In this document: piece by piece, positions 1 to 13,260 of the stretch
Layout of the letters: each line of letters begins with the position of its first letter
Numbering within the stretch: position 1 is the stretch's first letter
From: Leucoraja ocellata
Taxonomy: Eukaryota
NCBI GenBank assembly: GCA_036785375.1
Contig: JAWMAR010000032.1
Span: forward strand, 11,346,001 to 11,410,000
Length of the DNA: 64,000 nucleotides
Direction of reading: 5' to 3'
Program-made: the position numbers and the translations under genes
The notes under the pieces: generated by a model
The model's input: the letters and a program-made list of their open reading frames with translations, nothing else
Database searches by the model: none
Told to the model about the DNA's origin: nothing

Positions 1-560
1 ATTCCAGCTCTGGAAACCTCCGAGTTTCTGCTTATCACCCTCCAGCAGCTGCCTCCACTTTCACCCCACCATCCACACTCCCCATCCCTCCCACCTAGCC
101 CCATCTGCCTTTTTCTTTGGCTTCCCCCACCTATTGCTCAGCTGCCTCTGCATCTCTACTCCATCCCCTCCCCTCTCACACCTGCCGCAATGCACCTATC
201 AATCCTTCACACCACCACCATTCACCTCCTGCCCCTGTCCTCCTCTCCTCATTATACCAGCTCTCATCACCCTCCACTCATAGCCCTGATACAGCATCTC
301 GACCCAAAACATGGACCATTCGTCCCCCTTCGCCCCACCCCACAGATGCTGTTCGACCAGCTGAGTTCCTCCAGCACATTGTGGATATAAAGAACTGCAG
401 ATATGGATTCATACCAAAGATAGACACAAAGTGCTGCAATAATTCAGTGGGTCAGGCAGCATCTCTGGAGAACATGGATAGGTGACCTTTCGTGTCGGGA
501 CCCTTCTTCAGATTGAAGTCTCACCGAAACGTCACCATGACTTTTTCTCCAGAGATGCTT
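1..560. mobile_element. Penelope-like element 3' end (pyrimidine-rich tail) and terminal-repeat fragments in both orientations
   Basis: C/T-rich tract followed by gacccaaaac...agatgctg...ctgagttcctccagcac, then an inverted copy of the same terminal repeat that follows the GIY-YIG fragment at 8720-9013. Confidence 0.55.
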
Positions 561-2174
561 TCTTCTGATTTGGATTTAAATCCCAATTTTTAAAAGGTAA
601 AATGTTAGGAATACCAAGCAACATATGTGGAGAAAGAAACAGAACTTGTACCTCAGGTGATACGATAGGTACAAGACTTTAACGGAAATTGTTTCCTCTC
701 TTTCTCCTTCCACAGCTGCTGCCTGACTCACTGAGCATTTCCAACATTTTCTATTTTTATTTTAATTTCCAGCGCCTGCCCTTTTTCTTCTTTGTGCTGA
801 TGTAAATATGTAACATAAACATATGTGCAATACTGTGTAATGAGGCGTGGATGATTGGCAACCCCATTTTGTCTTTCAATTCTTACATTCTTTGACTTTC
901 ATTCATATACTGTAATTGTATCTTAAGATCATCTAATTTCAATATAAATTTTCAAAAGGTTGTGTTAATTCAAATTGTTGCCAATGTTATTTTCAAAGTA
1001 TATTGAAATTGCATGATAATTTTTGGTAATCTCAGCAAGTTCCTGATATTAATGTTAATAAATCTGCGAGCCATCACACGAACAAGTTTGTGTGCAAAAG
1101 ATATATGGTAAACTTGTGCGATGTTGCAATGGTGTGCAGCGTTTGGGGTAAAGTCACACTTTCAGGTCAGAATGTAATTTGATATTGCTAACATGCGCCA
1201 AGTTTTAACAGTGTATTGAGAATGTGGCCTCAACTTGAGAAACAGAAAGTTTCACCACAAAGGTTTTGAAATACTTCAATCTGCTTAAAACAACCACAGT
1301 TTAGATTTCCCAATCGTGCTTTTAACTGCCATCTGTGATCCATTTTAAATAAATACTTACCACCGGCACGAACAACACTCAGCTCATCTACACTTATCCA
1401 TGTAATACGACCACTAAATACTTACTTACAGTGTGTATTGTGCCTGAACATTTTTGGGTCTGAATTTATTGTATAAATCAAAAACAAGTCTAACTGGAAC
1501 CATTGCAACAATTGAAATTTCATAAGTGCTTGTACAGTCATAGTATAGCACAGAAACAAGCCCTTCAGCCCACCTAGTCCATACCAACTGTTTTGCCCAT
1601 CTACAATAATGTCATTTACTTACATTAGGACCGTATTCTTTATCACCTTGCCTATCCAAGAACCTGGCTAATGCTTCTTACTTTAAAACTTCCTTTCGCA
1701 TTGACCCCATGCCCTCTTGTTTTTAATACCCCTACCACGGTGAAAAGATTCTGACCCCTACGATGATTCTCATGATTTCATATGTCTCTTATCAGGTCAC
1801 CCCTTGGCCTCCTTTGTTCCAGGGAAAACAAGCCCAATCTATCCAGTCGCTCCCCATAAACAAAGTCTCCAAATCCAAGCTGCATCCAAGTGAATCACCT
1901 CTGCTCTCTCCCAATTTGTATACAAGTGTTTCAGTACTTAATCTGAAAGTGTTCTCCGACGCATAATACTTGCATTTCTTTTTTAATGGAATTAGTAATT
2001 ATGTCATGTTTAAGTGGCACAAGGAACTAAATATTTTATACAGCAGGGAAAAAATATGATCTTTGCAGCTCATTATAACTAAATATTAGATCGGACATAT
2101 AACCGATGTGCTATAGCCATTCTAATGCTATTGACCAAAATCAATCTCCACACCAACCTACTTGAAATTCATGA

Positions 2175-2412
2175 GCATAAGTCATAGTAGCAGAATTAGG
2201 CCATCCGGCCCATCAAGTCTACTCCACCATTCAATCATGGCTGATCTATCATTCCCTCTCAACCCCATACTCCTGCCTTCTCCCCATAACCCCTGACACC
2301 CTTACGAATCAAGAATCTGTCAATCTCTGTCTTATTGACTTAGTCTCCATGGCCGTCTGTGGCAATGAATTCCACAAATTCACCACCTGACTAAAGAAAT
2401 TCCTCCTCATCC
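2175..2412 (-). mobile_element. CR1-clade (HER1-like) LINE 3' fragment
   Basis: Minus strand encodes VVNLWNSLPQ-type ORF2 C-terminus plus the 3' UTR shared with many copies in the window. Confidence 0.75.
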
Positions 2413-2501
2413 TTCTTTGCCTTGTTTAGTCCTTGTAAATGTTATTGTCACCCAGTGAAAGATTGGCATAGGTTCTTTGTTTTTGGCCAATCGTAACATC
2501 T

Positions 2502-2814
2502 GGGTGGAGGGTGGCGCAGCCGTAGAGTTGCTGCGTTACAACGCAAGAGATACAGGTTCGAACCTGACTATGGGTGCTGTCTGTGTGGAGTTTACACGTT
2601 CTCCCCTTGACCGCATGAGTTTTCCCCAGGTGCTCCGGTTTCCTCCCACATCCCAAAGATGTAAAGGTTTGTAGGTTAATTGACTTTGGTAAAAAATGTT
2701 AATTATCCCTGGTGCGTAGGATAGTGCTCGTGTAAGCGGAGATCCCTGGTTGGCGCGGACCCAGTGGGCCGAAGGGCCTGTTTCTGCTCTGTATCTCTAA
2801 ACTAAACTAAACTA
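2502..2814 (+). mobile_element. tRNA-derived V-SINE (HE1-like), near full length
   Basis: A box GGTGGCGCAG, B box GGTTCGAACC, V-domain ctgtgtggagtttacacgttctcccc...ctccggtttcctcccaca, CR1-like 3' end gggccgaagggcctgttt, (CTAAA)n tail. Confidence 0.9.
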
Positions 2815-4027
2815 TATCTGCTTTTCTTCATGTGGAAGGAAATTTCTGTGCATATTGGAAGCGTACTGAATTAGGCCGTTGTCTGAAGTAGACTGTTCGG
2901 GTGTTTTCAACCAAATGAATATATTGACATTGACATTATCAACGTAGTTTGAATCCGTTGGATTTTTATATCTTGTGCATGTAATATGTGTTCTTTGTAT
3001 ATTCCAGTTCCTGGATTATTGATTAATATACAAACTAGTCATTTGTTCTTGCAATAACTAAACTCTGTCATGTTACAAGTTCCATGTCTACATATTTTAA
3101 AGTAAAATCTTATTCAACTTTATTAATTGATGTAATGATGCACCAATTCTATGTATGGAAGTTTTTTTTAATTTTATTGTTTGTGATGATCATTTTTCGA
3201 TGACGATTTTATTGCATGCAATTTTATTTCATATTCCCATTTGAACAGAATTGTGCAGACTCAAAGCTCAAATAGAACACACCAGTAATACTTCTAGGTC
3301 ATTGGATGTCTTGCTACACATTTGGTCAAGACCGCCCAATCAGATTATGAAATTCAGGTCTGAAATTTTAAAAAGTGTTAGAAATACCCAGGAGGTTAGA
3401 TAGCATCTGTGAAGGGTGAAACTGAGATAACATGTCATGTCTGAAGTAGGGTCCCGACCAAAAAAGTCACCTATCCATGTTCTCCAGAGATGCTGACTGA
3501 CCCGCTGAGTTACTCCAGCATTTGGGTGTCTTTTTTTTTAATAAACCAGCATCTGCAGTTCCTTGTGTTTCAACCTTCACTCTTTAGTGGGTTGGAGATG
3601 AGAGGAAGTGGGAGGGAGATTGATACTGTAAGGTTGGTTTCACTATTTTAGAACATCTGTATATCTACATGGAACAAATATTGGCTGCTGTACCCTCAAC
3701 ACTCCAATTAACAAATTCATATCCATGTAAGCGTTGAAAAGGCATCTGTGTTTATTTAAATTGACTTTGTTTAAATTTACAAAAATACTGAACAAATTCT
3801 GTTCTTAATCCACTTAAGATGTTGGCACTGAATGTAATTTGCACATTGATGATCCATTGCCTCGGTCAGTGATAGTTCTCAACTTTGGCCACGGTCCTGG
3901 AGTCTAAGAGCACTAGCCACTCATCAAATGCTGAATTCTAAGACGATATGTTACATCGATATGAGGTAAATAACAACATTTAAAGATAAACGAGTATAGA
4001 GTGTGTTATTGCCATATTGTCATATGT

Positions 4028-4322
4028 AGGGTTGCGCAGTGGTAGAGCTGCTGCCTTCCAGGTGTCTGAGACGTAGGTTCGATCCTGACTACAGGTGCTA
4101 TCTCTATGTTTGTTTGTACGTTCTCCCTGTGACCCCATGGGTTTTCTCCAGGTGCTCTGTTTTCCTCCCACATACCAAAGACATGCAAGTTTGTAGGTTA
4201 ATTGGCTTCGATAAAAAATTGTAAATTGTCCCTGGTGAGTAGGATAGTGCTAGTATACGGGATTCGTAGGGTGTCAAGGACTGAGTGGGCTGAAGGGCTT
4301 GTTTCCACACTGTATCTCTAAC
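4028..4322 (+). mobile_element. V-SINE (HE1-like)
   Basis: Same head, V-domain and tail as 2502-2814. Confidence 0.85.
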
Positions 4323-5571
4323 GCCCAAAGTAATGTCCCGAAATGGAACAATGAAATACCGACTGCCTTTTTAAGGCAACACCTCCCATAGATCCTTTCA
4401 ATGGGAAGTCAATACCTGTGATGGACTGGTACATACAGGTTTTCCCTAATATACAAGCAACTTTATTCCTCAGACCTTTTTTCCCCTGTCTTTGCTGATA
4501 ATACAATTACAAATAAAGACTTTCACTTCCCATGTGAAAAGTAGTTAACTCCGGAGCTGGTGCTCAAGTAACACTGCGTGTGACATTTCCCACTGCCAAG
4601 TTTCCAATGAGCTCACCCAACTGATTGCCTCACCTATTCATGCGTACCACTATATTACGGTAAGAATAAAACTAATATAAGCAAACTCTTCCAGCCCCAC
4701 CTCAAACCGTTGACTCATTGACAACTATATTTGCTCTGTTTCTCCTCAGTTTTAATGCAAATGTTTGCATAGGTTCGACAAAACAACATGAAATGGATGA
4801 ATAAATGTTTTCGCTGTACCTCGGTACACGTGACAATAAACTAACCTAAACTAACTAACTAAAATTATTGACGTATGATATCTGTAGGTTTGTCGGTACA
4901 AGGCTGAGAGGAGAAAGCAAAAGGACTGTGCCATTTGTTTCTAGTTTCCTGTTCTTTATTGATGTATTCTGTTTTCGATAAAATCAAAATTCACAACCTG
5001 CATACTGTTTAAAATAAAATTGATGCGAGCTGTCAGGAGACCTCGTGCTGCATCCCCGCGCACACCCATTCCCCATGTCTCCTCATCCTTTCCCCTAATT
5101 GCTTCCAAAATGATTCTGCGATTTCTGCCTCTATTAAAACCTGCTGGTCTATTGCAAAGATCGGTTATTGCTTCTGAAAATAACTTTATGCTAATCATTA
5201 TAAGCTTGCCTTTTAATAACTTTGTTTTAGGATCTATGATAATTTATTTATTTTTTTGCAAGCAGGAGTACACCACAGATGATTCTTTTCTTTGTGTACA
5301 TGCTGCTTCTGAAGGTGGTATGTTTTTCACATTAATATCCATTGAGGGTTTCATAGGATTCAGGAACTGTCTTTGAAATTCGTGAGGCAGGCATGTACTG
5401 CATGCAAAGAATGACTCAAAGTGCTGGAGTAACTCAGCGGGTCAGGCAGCATCACTGGAGAACATGGATAGGTTACTTTTCGGGTTGGACCATGTCTATG
5501 TTCCCCAGAGATGCTACCTGACTTGCTGAGTTACTCCAGCTATTTGTGCCTGTTTTTGTAAGCTATTACTT

Positions 5572-5853
5572 GCACAGTGGTGTAGCAGTAGATTTTCTGC
5601 CTTGTACACCAGAGACCCATGTTTGATCCTAACTATGGGTTCTGTCTGTATGGAGTTTGTACATTTTCTCTGGGTGCTCCGGTTTCTTCCCACACTCCAA
5701 AGACTTACAGGTTTGTAGGCTAATAGGCTTGGTAAACATTGTAATTTGGCCCTCGTGTGTAAGATAGTGTTAGTGTGCGGGGATCGCTGGTCGAAGCGGA
5801 CTTGGTAGGCCGAAGGCCTAGTTTCCGCACTGTATATCTAATCTAACCTAATC
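5572..5853 (+). mobile_element. V-SINE (HE1-like)
   Basis: Same head, V-domain and tail. Confidence 0.85.
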
Positions 5854-6234
5854 TTGCCATTCCTTGTGCCTATATGAACAGCATGTAAGCCCAGAAATTC
5901 TTTCGACATTGGGTCCCTTCGGCACTATTTCAGAATGTCCAGTACAAACACATTGCCAGATCCATTAGTACAGATGATTTTTTTTCATCCCTATAAAATG
6001 ATCTAGTTCTCTATAGCATGTCAACAGCTCACTGAGATATGCCCTGTATATGTTCATATAATGAGTTTAACCTGTCATCAATTGTGAACTCAAGCTGTGG
6101 TTATGTGAGGGATCATCATAGCAAGGATTTGACACAATGAGAATATGTTTCCCTGACACGTGAATTACTGTAATAATTCAGCACCACTGGTCAGGTGTCC
6201 ATTACGTCAACGCCAGTCCACATTGCGCCACGTT

Positions 6235-7040
6235 CAGCTCATCAGTTGTACAAGACATTGGTGAGGCCACATTTAGGGTATTGTGTTCGGTTTTCGTCAC
6301 CATGTTACTGGAAAGATCGTGATAAGCTGGTAAGGATGCAGAGAAGATTTATGAGGATGTTGCCAGGACTTGAGGGCCTGAGCTAAAAGAGGAAGTTGAG
6401 CAGAGGAGAACTTTATTTCTTGGAGCGTAGGACGGGTAACCTTCTAGAGATATACAAAATCATGAGAAGAATAGATCGGGTAAATGCACAGAATCTTGTA
6501 CACAGAATAGGGGAATGGAGAACTAGAGGACATGGGGTTAAGGTGAGGTGGGGAAAGATTTAATAGGAACCTGATGGGCAGCTTTGTGTGGGGGGGGGGG
6601 TGGGGGGGGGGGGGTGCAGAGGAGGATTACCAGAATGCTGCAGGGATAGATTGGACAGATCTGGAATGCAGGAGGCTGCAGGGAGACCTGATCGAGGTAT
6701 GTGAAATTGTCAGGCATAGATAGGGGTAGGCATTTGGGGCCTTTATCCCCAGAGTGGAAATGTCAAATACTAGAGGGCATAGCTTAAGGTGGGAGGGGCA
6801 AGGTTTGGAGGAGATGTGCGGGGCAATGTTTAGCAGGGGGTGTGGTGAGTGCCTGGAACGCGCTGTCAGTGTTGGTGGTGGAGCCAGATACGATAGTGAC
6901 ATTTGGGAGACTTTTGGATAGGCACATAGATATGCCGGAAATGGAGGGAAATTAATAATGTGCAGGCAAATAAGGATTGGTCTAGGCATCATGTTTGACA
7001 CAGGCATTATGGGCTGAAGGGCCTCATTCTGTGCTGTCCT
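6235..7040 (+). mobile_element. CR1-clade LINE ORF2 C-terminal fragments (two pieces joined at a G-rich tract)
   Basis: QLYKTLVRPHLGYCVRFSSPCYWKDRDKLVRMQRRFMRMLPGLEGLS is typical CR1 ORF2; ends with gggctgaagggcct 3' motif. Confidence 0.8.
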
Positions 7041-7089
7041 ACATTCACACTGAAAAATGGTTGGAAGCTGCTGTTGAAAATGTTACGGA

Positions 7090-8700
7090 AGCCACTTAGA
7101 AAAAACCAAGTTAATGAACCTAAAGTCACCATGGTTTTATGAAAGGAAAATCATGTTTAACTAATTCATTGGAATTAATTTGAACAGTAATGCCTACTGT
7201 CAATAAGGGGGAATTGATGGGATCTATCCATTGCTAGATTTTCAGAAGGCCTTTGATACAGTACTACACTTTGATCTAGAACGTGAGATATTGGTGTGGA
7301 CGGATGACTGCCTCAAGGACACGAAACTGAGAGGACCTATCAATGCATTTGTTTTCTTCTGGTTGGCAAGGTTAGTTTAATTTAGTTTATTCCTGTCATG
7401 TGTATCGAGGTACAGTGAAAAGCTTTTTTGTACTATCCAGACAGCGGAAAGACTACTTGATTACAATTAAGTGGTTCACAGTGTACAGGTGCAGGATAAA
7501 GGGAATAACGTTTAGTGCAAGATAGAGTCCAGTAAAGTCTGATTAAAGATAGTTTGAAGGCCTCCAATTAGATAGATGGGAGATGAAGACCGCTCTGTTT
7601 GGTGATAGGATGGTTCAGTTGCCTGATAACAGTTGGGAAGAAACTGAAACTGGTGCTGAATCTTAAGGTGTGCATTTTCACACTTCTGTGCCTCTTGCCT
7701 GATGGGAGAGAGGAGAAGAGGGAGTGAATCCTGTCCCTAAATCTTGAGATATGCATTTTCATGCTTCCGTACCTCTTGTCTGATGGAAGAGGGGAGGAGA
7801 GGGAATGAACGGGGTGATTATGCTGGTGGCCTTGCCAAGGCAGCACGAAGTGTAGATGGAGTCAATGGAATGGAGGATGGTTTACCTGATGGTTTGGGCT
7901 ACGTCCACAGCTCACTGCAATTTCCTGGGGTCTTGGATAGAGCTGTTCCCAAACCATGCTGTGACACATCCCGATAAAATACTTTCTTCGGCGCATCTGT
8001 AATCAATTGGTGAGGATTGTTGTGGACGTGCCAAACTTCCTTGGCCTTCTAAGGAAGTAGAGCCACTGGTATGCTTTCATGGCCATTGTTTCGATGTGGC
8101 TGGTTCAGAGGAGATAGCTGGTGACATTTGATCGTCAGAATATGAAGCTATAAACCATCTCTACCTCAGTGCCATCAGCATATACCGGGGTATGTGACCC
8201 AGTAACAAGAGGTGTGCCACAAGGAGTGGTGCTGGGACTTCACCCTTTAGTTATTGCTAAAATAATTAGGATGAAGGCACCGTATATCTGGATTACATAT
8301 TTGCTGGAGACACAAAGGTCGGCAGGAATATATGTTGCAGAGAAGACAAGGATGCAGAAAGGAGGCAAAGATTTGGCAAATGGAGTACAATGTCAGAACA
8401 TGCTGGCAGGAAAAATAGCAAAACATTTTATTAAACCGGTAAGAGATGCATGAGGGATCTGTATGTTCTAGTGCACAATTCCCAACAGTATAGAATGTGG
8501 CTCATGATGTAATTAGGAAGGCTGGCAAATGGTATTTTATGTTGTGAAGGGATTTGAATACAAAAAATAGGGAGGTAATGCTTCAGCTATTCAGGGAATT
8601 GCCAAGACCACATCCGGAGTACTGGATAGAGTTCTGGCCCCGTATTTAAGAAAGGATGTGCATGCATTGGGAGCAGTTCAAAGAAGGTTTATCAGGCTTC
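7090..8700 (+). mobile_element. Old CR1 LINE RT-domain remnant, split by a Rex1/Babar insertion
   Basis: Decayed RT motifs HGFMKGKSCLTN, LDFQKAFD, SGWQ before 7371 and VTRGVPQGVVLG, FAGDTK, RPHPEYW after 8200. Confidence 0.7.
7372..8195 (-). mobile_element. Rex1/Babar-type LINE 3' part
   Basis: Minus strand ESILSGCVTAWFGNSS...HSLFSSLPSGKRHRSVK...SFFPTVIRQLN, then 3' UTR ending in aataaactaaa repeats. Confidence 0.75.
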
Positions 8701-9620
8701 TCTTGCATCTCCTCCAACCTTGTTCTGCTGCAGTCACTATTCTCAATGTGGCCTCGTCTACCTTGGTGAGACCAAACACAGACCAAGCGACCACATTGCC
8801 GAGCATCTGCGTCCTGACTGGTTGGACAATCTGCATTTTCCAGTTGCCATCTATTTTAATTACCGTTCTTGTTCCTGCACTGGCTCGTCTGTCCTCTGCC
8901 TTCTCCATTGCCAGGGTGAGGCTGCACACAAACCAGAGGAACAAGTCCAAATATTCCATATGGGTAGTCTACACCCTAACACCTTGAACATTGAAATCAC
9001 CAATTTCAGATAACTACACCCCCCTTCTGTCCCTTTCTCTCAACTCCTACCCACCCTGGTCTTCCCATGTGCCCCCTTTTGTCCCACAATACTCCCTGCC
9101 CCCTCTCACCCTGTTTCATTGCTCCTTCTCCTGCACACCCCTTCCAATGAGTCCTGTTCCCCACCCCCAATTGTTCACCCCTCCCCTCCCTTTGATGTTC
9201 CACCTACCACTACCCATCCTCATTCGATTCCTCTCTTAACTTTTATTTCCCATCAGTTTCCAGAATCTTTGGCCTTTTATTCTTCACTGATCACCTCCCA
9301 CTCTGTAGCTATCTCCACCCTTTCCTCCCCCATCTGACTAATCAAAAACAAGGACACAAAGTGCTGGAGTAACACAGCGGGTCAGGCAACACCTCTGGAG
9401 AGCATGAATAAGTGATGTTTCGGGTTGAGACCCTTCAGACTGATTCCACCAATCAACTACTCCTCAGCTGTATCCACCTATCACTTGCCAACTCTTGCCT
9501 ACCCCTCCCCAGTACCTCTTTATACTGGAAACTTTCCCTCTCAGTCCAGATGAAGGGTCTTGGCCCTTAACGACAGAGGATGTACTGTCTGACTCACTGA
9601 ATTTCTCCAGCTGATCTCCT
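8700..9620 (+). mobile_element. Penelope-like element: decayed GIY-YIG endonuclease C-terminus, pyrimidine-rich UTR and terminal repeat
   Basis: ORF 8720-9013: QCGLVYLGETKHRPSDHIAEH...PVAIYFN...EEQVQIFHMGSLHPNTLNIEITNFR matches the PLE GIY-YIG pattern (YIGET..EH..PVA.HF..E...I..L....P.GLN). Confidence 0.8.
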
Positions 9621-9863
9621 TTTATTTTAACCAGATCACTAGCAGGAATTAACCAGTTGTCTTGTGAGGAGAGGTTGGATGGCTAAGCTGTCATCTGTTG
9701 CCGGCTCTGATTAGTTCTAGCCTGTTCCTGCCTCCAGTTCCCTCCCCTCTACTTTCAGTCTGAAGAAGGGTTCCAATCCAAAACCTCACCCATCCGCTTT
9801 CTCCAGAGATGCTGCCTGACCCGCTGAGTTACTCCAGCACTTTGTCTGTATCTTTGGTATAAA

Positions 9864-10172
9864 GATAGAACCAGGGGCCACAGTCTTAGAATAAAGGGGA
9901 GGTCATTTAAGACTGAGGTGAGAAAAAACGTTTTCACCCAGAGAGCTGTGAATTTATGGAATTCCCTGCCACAGAGGGCAGTGGAGGCCAAGTCACTGGA
10001 TGGATTTAAGAGAGAGTTAGATAGAGCTCTAGGGGCTAGTGGAATCAAGGGATATGGGGAGATGGCAGGCACAGGTTATTGATAGGGGACGATCAGCCAT
10101 GATCACAATGAATAGCGGTGCTGGCTCGAAGGGCCGAATGGCCTCCTCCTGCACCTATTTTCTATGTTTCTA
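9864..10172 (+). mobile_element. Young CR1 LINE 3' fragment inserted into a Penelope terminal repeat
   Basis: RTRGHSLRIKGRSFKTEVRKNVFTQRAVNLWNSLPQ, tail ctatgtttcta; host repeat atctttggtataaa|ccagcatctg resumes after it. Confidence 0.85.
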
Positions 10173-10753
10173 TAAACCAGCATCTGTAGTTCTTTGTTTC
10201 TAGGTTATGCTTTAGAATGTGGCAGGATTGCATACCCAGATCATTTTTGTTTCTTTACTTTATCTTTTCTTATGGCACGTTAATGAAAATTGAAAGCATT
10301 GACCTAGAAATGTAATTGAGTTGGGTGCAACATTAGCTATCCTTGTGGTTTCTCCTGGTATTTGGAGTTAAATCTTACACCATGATTTGAACATTTAACC
10401 AGGGCCATTAACACAGCAAAATATAATTACAGCTGCGCTGTGCATTAGCTCAAGCAACTATTGCAGGTTAAAGTCATCTTTGCAGCCTTTACCATGGAGC
10501 CACTCACTACCTACAACAACTTGGGAGTGTTCACCGCTCACACATTGAGGCAGTTGCAGTGTTCAGATACTTGCACAAGAAATCATTGCCGGTGTGATTG
10601 AAATTAGAAGGGAGTCTTCCAGATATAGATAATGAACTATAAGGATGATTTGTGAGGATTTTCCCAATGGAAATCAACAGCAAGAGAACAACCGGCAACC
10701 TGAGCCCAGGAGTGATTGACTTCACAGCCCCCCTCAAGGTCTGTGAGCGCTAA

Positions 10754-11163
10754 AGGGCCTGTCCCACTTTCACGACTTAATTCAAAACCTCTGCCCAGTT
10801 TAAAGGACCTAAAAAAAATCAAGATCATGGAAATCTACGAACTCCTATGACCTTCCACGACTATGTTCACAAACTCCTACAAACTCCTTCGAGTATGTCT
10901 ACAAATTCCCACGACTATTTCGATGCCCTCCTTACGTGTAAAAAGTTGCAATTTCTTTCATCCCGACCATTTTACTCGTGGACATTTTTTATCGGGCTGG
11001 AAAAAACGTCCCGACTTACCTGATGCCACGAGTACCTACGGCTGGCATAACGAGCCACTACGAACTCCTACGACCTCCTACGGACTCGTTACGAACATTC
11101 TGCGAGTTTGAATCAAAACTCGGGAGAATTTGTGAATTACCTCGTGAAAGTGGGACAGGCCCT
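10754..11163. mobile_element. Non-autonomous PIF/Harbinger-type DNA transposon (MITE)
   Basis: Perfect 22-bp TIR AGGGCCTGTCCCACTTTCACGA / TCGTGAAAGTGGGACAGGCCCT with 3-bp TAA TSD (10751-10753, 11164-11166). Confidence 0.85.
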
Positions 11164-11291
11164 TAATAAATCCAATCTATAACAGCGGAATGTAGATCGC
11201 CTGCAGAATTGGGCCGAGAAATGAAAGCAGGAGTTCAATCCAAGCAAGTGCGAGGTGTTGTATTTTGTGAGGTCGAATGAAAGGGGAGAGA

Positions 11292-11730
11292 GTCAAGAGT
11301 GTTTTATTATCATATGTCCCGAATCAGTACAATGAAATACTTACTTGCAGCACCACAACTGATATGTAAACATAGTATTCTGTAAAGATCATAATAAACA
11401 AAAAGTATAGATATATATAAAGCAATAATAGTGCAAAGATTAAAACAATGCCCCCCAGTCTATGTAGTTCAGAGCTTATTTGGAGGTTGTAGTGTTTAAT
11501 AGCCTGGTGGCTGTAGGGAAGAAGCTTCTCCTGATCCTGGACGTTATAATTGTGAGACTCCTGGACCTTCTTCCCGATGCAAGAGTGAAACGAGTGTGTG
11601 GCCAGGGTGGTGTGGGTCTCTGATGATGCTGGCTGCCTTTTTTTGAGGCAGTGACTCCTATAGATCCCTTTGATGGTGGGGAGGTCAATATCTGTGATGG
11701 ACTGGGCAGTGGTCACCACCTTTTGCATTT
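11292..11730 (-). mobile_element. Rex1/Babar-type LINE 3' part nested in a CR1 remnant (about 11190-12030)
   Basis: QKVVTTAQSITDIDLPTIKGIYRSHCLKK...SGRRSRSL...SFFPTATRLLN on minus strand; CR1 motifs on both flanks. Confidence 0.75.
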
Positions 11731-12849
11731 TGTTTGTGCCTTCTGCAAGATCCTTAACTGCATTGATGTACAGGGGGATATTGGGGTCCAAACCCATAGC
11801 ACCCTGAAAGTGACAACATAAGTAGATAGTGGTTAAGAAGGCATGTGGTATGTTTGCATTCGTCAAGAATAAGAGTCAAGAGTCATGATGCAGCTGTATA
11901 GGACTTTGGTTAGGCCACATCTGGAGCATTGTGTGCAGTTCTGGTCGCCCCATTACAGGAAGGGTGTGGGAGCCCTTTGGAGAGGGTGCAGAGACTTACC
12001 AGAATGCTACCTGGATTACAGGGTAGTAAATGTAAAGGGTTAGTGGTTCTAGCGTTATTGTCTCATTTGAGTAGAAAGTACAAGTTACTCGGGGACATTC
12101 TGTCAGAAACTGGGCAGCAGCCTTCGAAAAGCAAAAAGAGAAATCAAAAGGACCTTTCTTTTCAATTATAACTCACAATCTACAACCAACGAACTGTATT
12201 TGAAGTGTTATGTGGGAAAGGCGGTAAGCCCTTCGTCTGTGGAATTCTCTGCATCGGGGGGCGGTGGAGGCAGTTTCACTGGATGCTTTCAAGAGAGAGC
12301 TAGATAGGGCTAAATAATAACGGAGTCAGGGGGTATGGGGAGAAGGCAGGAACGGGGTACTGATTGGGGATGATCAGCCATGATCACATTGAATGGCGGT
12401 GCTGGCTCGAAGGGTCAATTGGGCCTACTCCTGCACCTATTGCCTATTGTCTATTGCCCTATAACACAACTTGCCATACACATTAAAGATAGACATAAAG
12501 TGCTGGAGTAGCTCAGCCGGTCAGGCAGCATCTCTGGAGAAAAATAATTGGAATAACGTTTTGAGTTGGGACCCTTCTTCAAACCCATCTTCAGACGTTG
12601 CCATTGTTGAAGAGTCCCACCCCAAAACATCACCTATACACTTCCTCTAGATGTGTTGCCTGACCCGCTGAGTTACTCCAGCACTTTGTGTCTTCTTAAA
12701 AAATATCTGCGGTTCCTTGCGTCTTCTGTCGGTCCATTCCTGGGTGGACCCTCCTTCACAAGTCACTGATTTGTCGACACAAAGAACAGCAGATGATGGT
12801 TTACAAAAAAAAGACACAGAGTGCAGGAATAACTGAGTTCCTGCAGGTC

Positions 12850-13260
12850 GTGTCCCACTGATTTATCAATGGTTCTACTCTCTTTTTCTTGGTCAGTGGC
12901 CAATTCCACGTCAGTCGTAGGATGGTTCCAGAAAGGGTGGAGCCTATCCGGGAAAATAGCCCCCCGCTTTTCGCCATCACCACATGTCTGATCAGCACTC
13001 CTGCCAGTCCCCACCCACTTCCCTGGCAGCATCGGTGCAGGCGGACTTTGCTGTCCCACCGCGTCTCCAGTGCAGAAGGAGCAACAAGCAGCAGCGAGAC
13101 TCTGGCAGAACAACCTCGACCCCTCGATAACGGACACACACACAAGGAGCAAGTTCAACCACCCATCTATTCCAGAGGCGAGGCGAGGCGTCGGGCTGTG
13201 CGTTGATCTACCTTCCAGCTTCTTTCCTCTCGCCGACGGGGACGGATGAACTTTCCCACC
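12850..13260 (+). promoter_or_regulatory. Candidate KBTBD11 promoter (CpG-rich, repeat-free)
   Basis: CpG density rises from about 12.9 kb; CCAAT at 12900-12904 next to CCACGTCA; lies just upstream of a strong splice donor at 13643. Confidence 0.45.

Noticed and set aside
12900-12913. CCAAT-N-CCACGTCA as an ER-stress element
   Set aside because: Spacing and orientation match neither ERSE-I (CCAAT-N9-CCACG) nor ERSE-II (ATTGG-N-CCACG); a lone TGACGTGG is too short to support a claim.
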